Below are positions 38,209-47,629 of a stretch of 64,000 nt of DNA, piece after piece. The first letter of the stretch is position 1. Each line of letters starts with the position of its first letter. Origin of the DNA: an uncultured virus (IMG/VR IMGVR_UViG_3300008117_000066) (Duplodnaviria; Heunggongvirae; Uroviricota; Caudoviricetes); IMG/VR virus record IMGVR_UViG_3300008117_000066, one strand, 5' to 3'. Both the position numbers and the translations under genes were made by a program. The notes beneath the pieces are model-generated. The model did not search any database and was not told where the DNA came from. It saw only the letters and a program-made list of their open reading frames with translations.

Positions 38209-38711
38209 GGCGCAATGAAGAACAGATAGAGTCTGGGGAAGCAGCTGAAAATAGATTCAAAAGAATGATGGAATCTAGAAAAGCTCGTGTTCAAGAATCT
38301 ACCAAATCTGAAGATATGTACGAACATTTTGATTATCGAGTGTTTGTTGCAGATGATAGCAATTTCACTGTTGATGTTAAGGCAATGAAAAAAATATGTA
38401 GAGAAGAAGATGAAGAGGTTCAAGACGAGTATGTTTGGGTTGAGTTTATGAATGTGAACAATGCACCTGGATGGTTATACGGTGAAGCAGATTATATTGC
38501 ATTTGAAACCAAAACTGGATTTTCTATGGTCGATAGGAAAAAATTAATTGATTATTGTGATTCAGTTGTAGACAAGAACACTACAGTTTCTTATTGTAGG
38601 AATGCTTTAAACAAAGTGTATAGAAGAAAAGATAGAAGAGATTCAATGACCCTTTTAGAACTTGAGTTGATTCCACACACAAAAATTATAGATAGAGAAT
38701 ATAATCCATGA
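38205..38711 (+). CDS. PD-(D/E)XK-type nuclease-like protein
   Basis: GEAAE...HFDY...VDVK...WVEF...GWLYGEADYIAF. Confidence 0.6.
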   Translation: MRRNEEQIESGEAAENRFKRMMESRKARVQESTKSEDMYEHFDYRVFVADDSNFTVDVKAMKKICREEDEEVQDEYVWVEFMNVNNAPGWLYGEADYIAFETKTGFSMVDRKKLIDYCDSVVDKNTTVSYCRNALNKVYRRKDRRDSMTLLELELIPHTKIIDREYNP

Positions 38712-39352
38712 TGTGTGATTATGAGAAGTTATGCTATACGAGAGAAGATACCGTGGCTGGTATCGGACCCTGGCGGTGGTTACAAGCTGATACTGGTGCA
38801 TGGGATGGTCCAAAGAAAGACTTTGAGGAAAGCCACATCCATGCCTACAAGAAACATATTGAGAACTGGAATGTTGTGGTTCAGGCTGGTGGTTGCCAGG
38901 GCATGTACCCACGAATTTTCTCTGAGATCTTTCAGCGGGTGTATACTTTCGAGCCAGATCCATTAAGTTTTTTTGTTCTCAATGTTAATTGTCAAAAAGA
39001 CAACATCATCAAGATGCAAGCTGCTCTTGGTGCTGAAAACAAATTGATTTCTGTTGTCAGAAATGTACAAGACAATGTTGGTATGAATACTGTCACTGAA
39101 GAACATCAAATCATTCCTATGTTTACTGTTGACAGCCTGAATCTTAATGCCTGTGATTTCATTCAATTTGATCTTGAAGGATATGAATTGTATGCGTTGA
39201 TGGGCGCTGTAAACACTATCCGACAGTTCAAACCTGTCATTTCCTGTGAACTTGGTAACGACCTGATACTTGACTTCTTAAAACAATTCGGTTATAGTGT
39301 CGTGGATCATACTATCGCAGACACAATTTATAAGGTGGTTCCTAATGAGTAA
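38708..39352 (+). CDS. FkbM-family SAM-dependent methyltransferase
   Basis: VQAGGCQG, YTFEPD and DFIQFDLEGYE...G...TI...KPVI. Confidence 0.85.
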   Translation: MMCDYEKLCYTREDTVAGIGPWRWLQADTGAWDGPKKDFEESHIHAYKKHIENWNVVVQAGGCQGMYPRIFSEIFQRVYTFEPDPLSFFVLNVNCQKDNIIKMQAALGAENKLISVVRNVQDNVGMNTVTEEHQIIPMFTVDSLNLNACDFIQFDLEGYELYALMGAVNTIRQFKPVISCELGNDLILDFLKQFGYSVVDHTIADTIYKVVPNE

Positions 39353-39722
39353 TTTCGATGATGTAAAGGCTTTCATGAAGGCATTCAAACAGCCTGTTGC
39401 TGAAAAAGCTGCTTTTCCTGATTATAAAATAGTTGATTTACGCTATGACCTTATTCAAGAAGAAGTGTTTGAGCTTTCTGAAGCCATTGATCATGCGGAT
39501 ATCGTTGGTGTTGCTGATGCTCTTGCTGACATTTTGTATGTCACTTATGGCGCAGCTGCTTCGTTTGGTATTGACCTGGACGCTTGCTTTAAGGAAGTGC
39601 ACAGAAGCAATATGTCGAAGCTTGATGCCAATGGTCAACCTATTTACCGTGAAGATGGTAAAGTCCTGAAGTCTGAGTTGTACAGTAAGCCAGACTTGTC
39701 ACCTATCCTATTCAAGGAATAA
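39345..39722 (+). CDS. MazG-like/all-alpha NTP pyrophosphohydrolase
   Basis: LIQEEVFEL, DALADILYVTYG, EVHRSNMSK and REDGKVLK. Confidence 0.88.
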   Translation: MSNFDDVKAFMKAFKQPVAEKAAFPDYKIVDLRYDLIQEEVFELSEAIDHADIVGVADALADILYVTYGAAASFGIDLDACFKEVHRSNMSKLDANGQPIYREDGKVLKSELYSKPDLSPILFKE

Positions 39723-39723
39723 T

Positions 39724-40467
39724 ATGAAAATCTTACTGTTGGATATTGAAACCGCGCCAAACCTTGCCTATGTGTGGGGTCTTTGGGATCAGAACATTAT
39801 CATAGACAACATTGTCGAGAGTGGATACACGATGTGTTGGGCTGCGAAGTGGTTGGGTGAACCCGCCAAGAACATGCACTTCGAGAGCATCCTGGGTCAA
39901 TCCCGTGCCGAAATGTTGAAACCAATTTACGATCTTCTCGATGAAGCCGATGTGGTTGTTCACTACAATGGTAGGAAATTCGACATGCCAAACTTGAACA
40001 AAGAGTTTGTCAAGCAAGAGTGGACACCACCAAGCCCATACAAGCAATTGGATCTTTTGAGTACGGTTCGCCGTCAATTCAAGTTCCCAAGCAACAAGCT
40101 TGATTTCGTTTGCCGTGAATTAGGTCTTGGGCAGAAACATCACCACAAGGGCATGAAGCTCTGGCACGAGTGTATGGCTGGTGATCAGAAATCCTGGAAG
40201 ACGATGAAGACCTACAACAAGCAAGACGTTGTGCTTCTTGAGCAGTTGTATCATCGCTTGCTTCCTTGGATCGATGATCATCCGAACCGTAGCACATCTG
40301 GTGAAATTAATTGCCCGATTTGTGGCTCGTATGATTTCCAACACCGTGGTCCATATCACGCCAAGACACGTTCTTATCAGCGTTATCGTTGTGTCAAAGG
40401 TCATTGGTTCAAAGGCGATATTATTAAGAGTTCCCGTAAAATCACAACACCATTAGCTATCAACTGA
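39724..40467 (+). CDS. DnaQ/RNase H-like 3'-5' exonuclease with C-terminal Zn ribbon
   Basis: LLDIET, HYNGRKFD, YNKQDV and CPICGS. Confidence 0.85.
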   Translation: MKILLLDIETAPNLAYVWGLWDQNIIIDNIVESGYTMCWAAKWLGEPAKNMHFESILGQSRAEMLKPIYDLLDEADVVVHYNGRKFDMPNLNKEFVKQEWTPPSPYKQLDLLSTVRRQFKFPSNKLDFVCRELGLGQKHHHKGMKLWHECMAGDQKSWKTMKTYNKQDVVLLEQLYHRLLPWIDDHPNRSTSGEINCPICGSYDFQHRGPYHAKTRSYQRYRCVKGHWFKGDIIKSSRKITTPLAIN

Positions 40468-40474
40468 GGATATT

Positions 40475-40867
40475 ATGGCAAAAGCAAAACCAGCAGAAGG
40501 CGATCTTGAATCAAAAGACTTTGGTTCTGGTGCTCGTTTCAACTCAAATAAAACTCGTTATGACTTAGTTCCAACGCATTTGTTGAAATCTACAGCCGAT
40601 GTGTTTGCTTATGGTGCAGAAAAATATGTGCCGTGGAATTGGGCAAAGTGTGCAAAAATGAGTCAGTACATTGCTTCTGCTAAAAGACATCTGGCTGCGA
40701 TTGAAATGGGTGAAGACAATGACCCCGAATCAGGTCTTCCACATCGCGGTCACTTGATGTGCAACTTGCTTATGATCGAACAGTTGCACAATGTGATTGA
40801 AGCGAACCCAGAACTGGCAGAGCTTGATGATCGCCCCCACAAATGGTTTAAAGGTCAAAAATACTGA
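40475..40867 (+). CDS. dATP/dGTP diphosphohydrolase (DUF5664-like)
   Basis: GARFNSNKTRYDLVP, YGAEKY..WNW, RHL and DPESGLPHRGH. Confidence 0.82.
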   Translation: MAKAKPAEGDLESKDFGSGARFNSNKTRYDLVPTHLLKSTADVFAYGAEKYVPWNWAKCAKMSQYIASAKRHLAAIEMGEDNDPESGLPHRGHLMCNLLMIEQLHNVIEANPELAELDDRPHKWFKGQKY

Positions 40868-41529
40868 TGAAAAAAGATTTGTATAAAATGGAAGATAACA
40901 TCATGAACGTGTGGCGTTGCGTTGATGATATGAAGCTGTTGAGCGAAAGTGATATGGGTGCAGAAGATCTCAAAAGCGCATTAAAGGGATTGAGCACCAT
41001 CACTAACTTAAAATGTGTTGATTTGTGGCATTCTTATGAAAATGCATTAAAACAAAATGTAAAGGATAAAAATGAAAATTGAAATTCCTTGTGAAGCTGT
41101 CGAACAGATTTTATTTAATTCTATTATTGAAACATTTGAATCTTTCATGCAACCAAGCGCAGATCATGCTGTTTTGGGATTGACTATTGATCAGATGGAT
41201 AACATTTTGGCTGGTGCTATGAACTACTCCAAATGGGTTTGTTCTCGTACCGAACAAAAAATTATCATGGAACGTTGGCTTGCCTGGACCAACTACAAAG
41301 CCATTTTGGAAGATGATTAATTGTATAAATACTTACTTCCATAAGAGGAAAACAGGAATCGATGGAAGGTACAGAAAAGCGTTACACCTTAACATCCCAA
41401 AGAATGCAGCCTAACCCTGCATATATGCGAGAAACCCCATATGGGGATTGGGTCAAGTACGAAACGTATCTTGAACTCTTTACTCGCTACAACGAGCTTG
41501 TAGAGCTGACCGACTCTAACAAGCGTTAA
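40867..41529 (+). CDS. Three small hypothetical genes (40867-41082, 41072-41320, 41362-41529; the last follows late promoter 41324-41331)
   Basis: Coupled ORFs; TATAAATA. Confidence 0.6.
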
Positions 41530-41613
41530 TCAAATCGGACAATTGCAATAAGTCTGGTTTATCAATACCCCTGATGAGGTTGTATACTCATCACCCAAAG
41601 TAAAGGTAACCAA

Positions 41614-42102
41614 ATGAAAACAATCAATGTAATCATTTTGCTGGCAGCAATGCTGGTTAGTAGTAAAACACTCGCTCAATGTGCTGACAACAGCTGTACG
41701 TTTGCATACGATATTGAGCAGCCCGTAGTTCAAGAATCAAAATATACTCAGACGGATCTTGACTGCTTATACAAAGCGGTGTATAATGAGACAGGTGGAA
41801 ATGAAAGCCAAGGTGCATCGATGGTCGTAGCAACGATCCTCAATCGCAAACATAGTCCTTTATTTCCAAAGAATGTCTGTGCGGTGGTTTATCAAAAGGC
41901 TCAGTTCACCAATGTAACAAAGGTGAATCCAAATAAGATAACACCCAAGACAAAGGACGTTGTTCACAAGGCAGTGGAAATGTATGAAAAGGGGCTGCTC
42001 AACACGAGCGTTCTTTTCTTCCATGCTGATTATGTGCGACCATCCTGGTCGTACAAAAAGAAACGAGTAACGAAAATCGGCAATCACATTTTTTATAGAT
42101 AA
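41614..42102 (+). CDS. Cell wall hydrolase, SleB/Hydrolase_2 family, with signal peptide
   Basis: CL..AVYNE.G, VVATILNR, FPKNVCAVVYQKAQF, FFHADYV and IGNHIFY. Confidence 0.88.
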   Translation: MKTINVIILLAAMLVSSKTLAQCADNSCTFAYDIEQPVVQESKYTQTDLDCLYKAVYNETGGNESQGASMVVATILNRKHSPLFPKNVCAVVYQKAQFTNVTKVNPNKITPKTKDVVHKAVEMYEKGLLNTSVLFFHADYVRPSWSYKKKRVTKIGNHIFYR

Positions 42103-42104
42103 TT

Positions 42105-42335
42105 ATGTTAATCAAATCGGTCAAAGATCCTGAGCAGTTCCATCGTGAAATAGAAGAAAGGGTATCCAAAGGAATGGAGTACCTTGAAGCAATCGTTTCA
42201 TATTGTGAGGACAACGGACTTGAAATTGAGTCCGTTGTTTCTCTCATGAAGCAAGGAAGCATCCTACGTGCCAAGCTTCAACATGAAGCCGAAGGCTTGA
42301 ATTTAATTGAGAAGTCTGCTATACTACCCATATGA
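42105..42335 (+). CDS. 33: Late transcription coactivator gp33
   Basis: YLEAIVSYCE...LRAKLQHEAEGLNL...LPI; 33-59-32 gene order. Confidence 0.85.
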   Translation: MLIKSVKDPEQFHREIEERVSKGMEYLEAIVSYCEDNGLEIESVVSLMKQGSILRAKLQHEAEGLNLIEKSAILPI

Positions 42336-42964
42336 ATTTTGGAGCAATGTCTTTCGTGACCCCGTTTGAAGCCTACACAAAGTATCTTGCATATCGCAGT
42401 CACTTCACCCAGGACTCGTATGATATTTTGAAATACAACGGAAAGGTCAACGCAACAACCAATTCGTTTGAAACACGAAAAGATAAGTTCTTTTTTCATA
42501 AGCTGTCCAAACATAAAGATGTTGATGGATTTTTAATTTCTCATATGCTTGTCGGTAATCCACACAAGAAGTGGATTCGTGATATGATTCATGATGAAGA
42601 AGATCATCACTACTATGCTGAATGGCTAAAGCGTAAGCAATCGCTCACCTATCTGTTTCAGACAGAGATAGAGCAGCTTGATGATGATTACAACAGCAAC
42701 ATTACCATCCCTAAAGATGGTGGTATGCCTAAACTCTATAAGTTAATTCTACGAAACAAGATCTCACCTGAAACTGTTATCGTGCTAAATACTTTGAGTC
42801 CATTTTTTGGTTACTGGTCTGCAAATAACCTTGACCAATATGTGTGGGGTGACATTCGAAAGAAGTACGAGAAGTACACCCCATTCGTTGAGTTTGATCG
42901 TAATAAATTTCGTTCAATACTCTTAGAAAGATTCTCTCATTCCAATTCATCGGATGAGAAATAG
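42332..42964 (+). CDS. 59: Helicase loader gp59
   Basis: YLAYRSHFT..YD..KY.GK, RKDKFFF.KL, ISPET and KYTPF. Confidence 0.88.
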   Translation: MNFGAMSFVTPFEAYTKYLAYRSHFTQDSYDILKYNGKVNATTNSFETRKDKFFFHKLSKHKDVDGFLISHMLVGNPHKKWIRDMIHDEEDHHYYAEWLKRKQSLTYLFQTEIEQLDDDYNSNITIPKDGGMPKLYKLILRNKISPETVIVLNTLSPFFGYWSANNLDQYVWGDIRKKYEKYTPFVEFDRNKFRSILLERFSHSNSSDEK

Positions 42965-43016
42965 GCTGTGCTGTGCCTTAAATCAGCGTTCAACTACTAC
43001 AAAGGAAAACACAACT

Positions 43017-43901
43017 ATGTCTTTTAATAAACTTAAACAATCCTCAGACGATTTCGAAAAACTTAATAGCCAACTGCAAAAAATGTCTTCTGCTGAACAG
43101 GGTAGCTTTGACGAGCGATTCTGGAAGCCTGAAGTCGATAAGGCTGGTAACGGTTATGCTGTAATCCGTTTCCTTCCAGCCCCTGATGGTGAAGATGTTC
43201 CGTTTGTTCGTTATTATGATCACGCTTTCCAAGGACCAGGTGGTGCTTGGTACATTGAGAACTCTCTCACAACTCTTGGTCAACAAGATCCTGTTTCCGA
43301 ATACAATTCCAATCTCTGGAACACTGGTATCGAATCCAACAAACAGATCGCTCGTAATCAGAAACGCAATCTGCGTTACATTTCGAACATCTATGTTGTA
43401 AACGACCCAGCACATCCTGAGAACAATGGTAAAGTCTTCCTGTTCCGTTATGGCAAGAAGATCTTCGAGAAACTCAACGATGCCATGAATCCGAAGTTCC
43501 CTGATGATCCGAAGATCAATCCATTCAACATGTGGAGTGGTGCTAACTTCAAGTTGAAGATTACCAAGGATGATGGATACCGCAGCTATGCCAAATCTGA
43601 ATTTGATTCGCCTAAGCCTCTCAAAGACGATGATGCAGAACTGGAAGCAATCTACAACCAGGAATTTGGTCTCCAGGAGTTTATCGCTCCTAGCAAGTTC
43701 AAGTCGTATGACGAACTGAAAGCCAAATTTCTGCGTGTGATCGGCGGTGAAGCACCAGCTGATAAACCGCTTGGTGATAACGGATTTGCTACTCCGAAGC
43801 CTCAGAAGACCGCAGAAGCCAAAGCAGCACCCACTGCTGACTTCAGCGCCGATGATGCGTCAAGTGATGATTTCTTCAAAGAACTGATGAAAGGCGAGTA
43901 A
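43017..43901 (+). CDS. 32: Single-stranded DNA-binding protein gp32
   Basis: DERFWK...GNGYAVIRFLP, HAFQGPGG.WYIENSLTT, GANFKLK and acidic tail. Confidence 0.95.
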   Translation: MSFNKLKQSSDDFEKLNSQLQKMSSAEQGSFDERFWKPEVDKAGNGYAVIRFLPAPDGEDVPFVRYYDHAFQGPGGAWYIENSLTTLGQQDPVSEYNSNLWNTGIESNKQIARNQKRNLRYISNIYVVNDPAHPENNGKVFLFRYGKKIFEKLNDAMNPKFPDDPKINPFNMWSGANFKLKITKDDGYRSYAKSEFDSPKPLKDDDAELEAIYNQEFGLQEFIAPSKFKSYDELKAKFLRVIGGEAPADKPLGDNGFATPKPQKTAEAKAAPTADFSADDASSDDFFKELMKGE

Positions 43902-43907
43902 TAAACT

Positions 43908-43930
43908 AAGCCCCCGAAAGGGGGCTTTTT
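43908..43930 (+). terminator. Intrinsic terminator
   Basis: AAGCCCCC-GAAA-GGGGGCTTTT. Confidence 0.9.
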
Positions 43931-44151
43931 CATTTGAGTATCGAGTCTATAGTTAATGATATCGGACTATTTGAAGCTGGAATCAAATCAAATACGCTCC
44001 GACTTTCTTCATTTTTTTTAGGTGATATTAGTGCTGCTGCTGCTATTTTTAGTCCTTCAGATAATGAATCAAGAAACATATCATCATCGTCTTTTTCTTC
44101 TGTAGCCATTGACATTTTGTTAAGATCATTTCCAACGTTTACGTCTTTCAT
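43930..44151 (-). CDS. Small hypothetical protein at the end of the tail operon
   Basis: AAGGA SD; follows 44155-45375. Confidence 0.55.
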   Translation of the reverse strand: MKDVNVGNDLNKMSMATEEKDDDDMFLDSLSEGLKIAAAALISPKKNEESRSVFDLIPASNSPISLTIDSILK

Positions 44152-44154
44152 AAA

Positions 44155-45375
44155 TTATCCTTTCAATATTTGATCTGGCGTAACAGTACCGATTATAGCG
44201 GGGGTCTTTTTTGGTTCTGGTTCAGGACCAGATTCTGATTTATTGATAACGGTTATCATATTTTGTGCTATGTTGGCTCTGACTTTATCTTCTGATTTTT
44301 CAACTTGTTCGTTTGATTTTATTAATTGATTACCAGTTGAAGGTGTATTTGCCATTACTTGTTCTTTTGTATCACCCCACAAACCAGGAAATTCTTTTCT
44401 GTTTTCTTCGTTATCTTCCAGTAAAGCTTTGAAATATATTTCAACACCAGCTTCATGTAATTTTTGTGATTCTTCTGAAGATAATCCTGGTTCAGGATCC
44501 CGACCACCAAAAGTTGTTGCTAAGTCAACAACTTTTCCATCTGGAAAATAATACGCATCATCTGTTTTTACTAGTTGACCAGATGTTATTGCTTTTTCTC
44601 TTGAAACAATTGAACTCTCTACTTTTGTTATCTCTTGTTTTGGTGTTTTGATCTTTTGATCCGCCATATCATTTAACGGCATTACTTCTGTTTGTTGATC
44701 TTTTTTCTCTACATCTTCACCTGGTGCTTCTTGTGGTGGTTTTTCTGAAATAGCGTTATTTGAATTCTCTGTTTCTTTTTCATCGCTCATTTCTGATGTG
44801 CCAGAGCCTTCACTTGATTCTTCACTGCCTTCTTGATTACCACCTTCACTTGCTGTTTCAGCACTGCTTGGATTTTCACTATCTGAAAATAAATCAGTTA
44901 AAACACTGGCACCAAAGATACCAGCAAGAGCTACTCCAAGAGCAGCCCTGGCAGAAGAACCGATATCTGCAACTGATGTTTTATTAGAATTCATACCATC
45001 TAACAACTTTTCGACATTGAACTTCATCATTTCAACTTTATCTTCAAGAGATCTGATCAACATTGATGGGTCGTTGTTAGAATTTTTATTCTTTTTATCT
45101 TTTAAGTTTTTTACTTCTTCTTCAGATTCCAGAATTTGAATTTGAATTTGTTGTTCTTCTATAGCACTTTGAGTTGTTGACATCATGCTATCTGTAACAT
45201 CAATAATTTTTTGTATGCTATTGTCTATTGAAATTAATGAATCATTAAAATCTATTTTTAAATCGTTTACTTTATCATCTAATCTATCAACTTGAGCTTG
45301 TATGTCACCCATTTGTTGAGCTTGTTGATCTGCAATTTGTGACATTGTTGTGCTTACATCAAACATACTAGCCAT
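44155..45375 (-). CDS. Acidic coiled-coil protein with one hydrophobic segment (tape-measure/hub locus)
   Basis: Position after 26-51; heptad-rich N-terminus. Confidence 0.6.
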   Translation of the reverse strand: MASMFDVSTTMSQIADQQAQQMGDIQAQVDRLDDKVNDLKIDFNDSLISIDNSIQKIIDVTDSMMSTTQSAIEEQQIQIQILESEEEVKNLKDKKNKNSNNDPSMLIRSLEDKVEMMKFNVEKLLDGMNSNKTSVADIGSSARAALGVALAGIFGASVLTDLFSDSENPSSAETASEGGNQEGSEESSEGSGTSEMSDEKETENSNNAISEKPPQEAPGEDVEKKDQQTEVMPLNDMADQKIKTPKQEITKVESSIVSREKAITSGQLVKTDDAYYFPDGKVVDLATTFGGRDPEPGLSSEESQKLHEAGVEIYFKALLEDNEENRKEFPGLWGDTKEQVMANTPSTGNQLIKSNEQVEKSEDKVRANIAQNMITVINKSESGPEPEPKKTPAIIGTVTPDQILKG

Positions 45376-46751
45376 TATGCCACCATACTATTTTTTAGAT
45401 TTATTGCTGGAATTAAATCTGGCTTATTTGATGAGCTTGCGTTTTGTTGTTTTGGTGCAGATCCATTGATCATACTGACCATGTTTGACGTGCTTTGCAT
45501 TTTATTTCTCTTAACATCCTGTGAAGATGTTAACAAGTTTTGTCCAGAATCTGATTTCTTTTCACCAAGCGAAGCATTAGTTTGTACTGGTTCTTTTTTG
45601 GATGAATTTTGCGCAGCACCAGGTTGAATTTTTGTTGCATCTGAATCAGGAGCTTTAGTTCCCATCTTACCTTCAAGAGGAACTACTATACCTTCACGAA
45701 ACCCTTCTTGCTTTTCCATTGTTTGAATAAGCGTGTTTCTCTGAGCTTCAGACAGTGAAGACAATTTCGTGCTTTCTGGCATACCTAAAGCTTTAGTCAT
45801 AGCAGCAGCATAGGCATCTGGGTTACCACCCTTTGATTTTGGTGCATAGTTTTCAGCCAAGAATCTGATATCTTTGTTGAGATACATATTTTTTGGTCCA
45901 AATAACAAAGTTTGTCTTGCCTTTCGTCCCATTTCCAGTGTTGGAAATACTGCTGTTGGGTTTCCATCCCCAGCAATTGTGAAACCAATAGCACCCATTT
46001 TTTCGGCAAATTTGCCTTTTTCGAATACAATATTTCCTGGGTTATTGTTTCTCCAGGAAATAGTGCCACCAACTTTTTTGTACTCTCCGTAGTTGGTTCC
46101 AAGATTTTTATTGATTACGCTTGCATTTGGGTCACCTGAGATCGATAAGTTTCCACCGTTACCTGTACCAGCTGGTAAATTTTCACCACCGCCACCACCG
46201 CCACCGCCAGCATCGCCTTCTGGTAATCCAAGTTGTGCTGCGGTAACAACTCCTATGGCTATCAGAGTTCCTATCACCCATTTTGGCATACCTTTTATGG
46301 TATCCAGGAAAGAATCTGTATCTTCTGGTCGTATTTTAACTATATCTAAACTAAGCTCATCTATGAACTCTGACAGTTTTTCTAATGATTTTTCAACATT
46401 AACATCGGATTCTTCTTCTTCAGCAAGCAAAAACTTTTCTTCTAGAATAGCTTCTCTGCTACGAGTTTCGTCTTTCTGTTGTTCCAGGACACTAGAAAGT
46501 TGATTTAAAGTTTGCTTACTGTTTTCAAGAACAGATTCAATTGAGTTCGTCAGTGTTGCTAATCTATCAGAAAACGAAGAAGAAAAATCATTTATTTTGC
46601 TATCTAAATTTTGAACAGCAGAAACTATATCACCCCCATTTTGTGATTGGGGTTGCTGATTTTGTTCAACTTCTTCCTTTTGTTCATCCATATAGGTCTG
46701 AACCATGAAGTTGCTAACATCAGGAAAAGATTGTGCTGGTTGAATTTCCAT
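45375..46751 (-). CDS. Tape-measure/hub-locus protein with a lysozyme-like domain
   Basis: RNNNPGNI...F.T.E.G...YAP...N...Y motif; coiled coil and TM-like segment. Confidence 0.7.
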   Translation of the reverse strand: MEIQPAQSFPDVSNFMVQTYMDEQKEEVEQNQQPQSQNGGDIVSAVQNLDSKINDFSSSFSDRLATLTNSIESVLENSKQTLNQLSSVLEQQKDETRSREAILEEKFLLAEEEESDVNVEKSLEKLSEFIDELSLDIVKIRPEDTDSFLDTIKGMPKWVIGTLIAIGVVTAAQLGLPEGDAGGGGGGGGENLPAGTGNGGNLSISGDPNASVINKNLGTNYGEYKKVGGTISWRNNNPGNIVFEKGKFAEKMGAIGFTIAGDGNPTAVFPTLEMGRKARQTLLFGPKNMYLNKDIRFLAENYAPKSKGGNPDAYAAAMTKALGMPESTKLSSLSEAQRNTLIQTMEKQEGFREGIVVPLEGKMGTKAPDSDATKIQPGAAQNSSKKEPVQTNASLGEKKSDSGQNLLTSSQDVKRNKMQSTSNMVSMINGSAPKQQNASSSNKPDLIPAINLKNSMVA

Positions 46752-46919
46752 TTATTCTTGCTGTTTTTTAAGTTTTTCTTCTAGATATATTTTTAACATA
46801 TCAACATAAAGATCTCGTTCAAATGGTATCATATTTTCTAACTCTGTTATTGAATACTTGTGATGCTGAGCCATAGCGAATATTACGGTGTAATAATTCG
46901 ACAGAGTGTTGTGACTCAA
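46752..46919 (-). CDS. 51: Baseplate hub assembly chaperone gp51-like (55 codons, absent from the ORF track)
   Basis: Translated by hand: LSHNTLSNYY...MAQHHKYSITELENMIPFERDLYVDML. Confidence 0.8.
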   Translation of the reverse strand: MSHNTLSNYYTVIFAMAQHHKYSITELENMIPFERDLYVDMLKIYLEEKLKKQQE

Positions 46920-47617
46920 GCAAACGAAAAAAAATCCTTTAAGCCCTCAAGTTTTACTTCTTTTTCTTCGTCAGCAGAATTGACATATTTGATTGAAGAC
47001 ACCACTTTTGGCATAGTTTCAAAAAACAATCTTATCTTTTTCATGGTTAGCACATCTAGACTATCCAACCAATCAGAAACTTCATTTTCATCATGATCAG
47101 CAACGATAATGACGTTATCACCAGAATAAATCTTATCAATAGATCTCACCAGGATTTTAGATGCTTTGTCACCATCATCTTTCATTTTCATAATACTATC
47201 AATATCGTCAAAGTTTGGATATTTCAGCAGAAGACCAACCGTGTCATTAACCTCGATCTTTGGGCTTGCGCAGCCCTCAAACGAGACTTCAACATCATCC
47301 AGGTCAGACTCTACCTCGTATTTTTTACCATCGTCAGAATCGGTTACAAGCAGATTTACGATGTTGTTGATAGAACGAGCACGAATCTTTATGAAAATGT
47401 ATTCCACATCAAAAGTCGGCAGTTTACTAACATCAGTATCGTCTAATACACAATTCTGAACCACTTGTTTAATTGCCAATACTTGTTGGCTCAAACCAGA
47501 TTGTTTAGCCATTAGAAGAATTTTTTCTTCTTTGACCAGCATCATACGAAGTTTTATTTTCTTACCTGTTGATGGTACTTGAACCTCAAAGGTAGGGTAT
47601 TCAATTTTAGGCAGCAT
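46916..47617 (-). CDS. 26: Baseplate hub assembly protein gp26
   Basis: MLPKIEYPTF, LVKEEKILLMA, FDVEYIFIKIRARS, FFETMPK and LEGLKDFF. Confidence 0.88.
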   Translation of the reverse strand: MLPKIEYPTFEVQVPSTGKKIKLRMMLVKEEKILLMAKQSGLSQQVLAIKQVVQNCVLDDTDVSKLPTFDVEYIFIKIRARSINNIVNLLVTDSDDGKKYEVESDLDDVEVSFEGCASPKIEVNDTVGLLLKYPNFDDIDSIMKMKDDGDKASKILVRSIDKIYSGDNVIIVADHDENEVSDWLDSLDVLTMKKIRLFFETMPKVVSSIKYVNSADEEKEVKLEGLKDFFSFA

Positions 47618-47629
47618 ATTATTTCCTCA

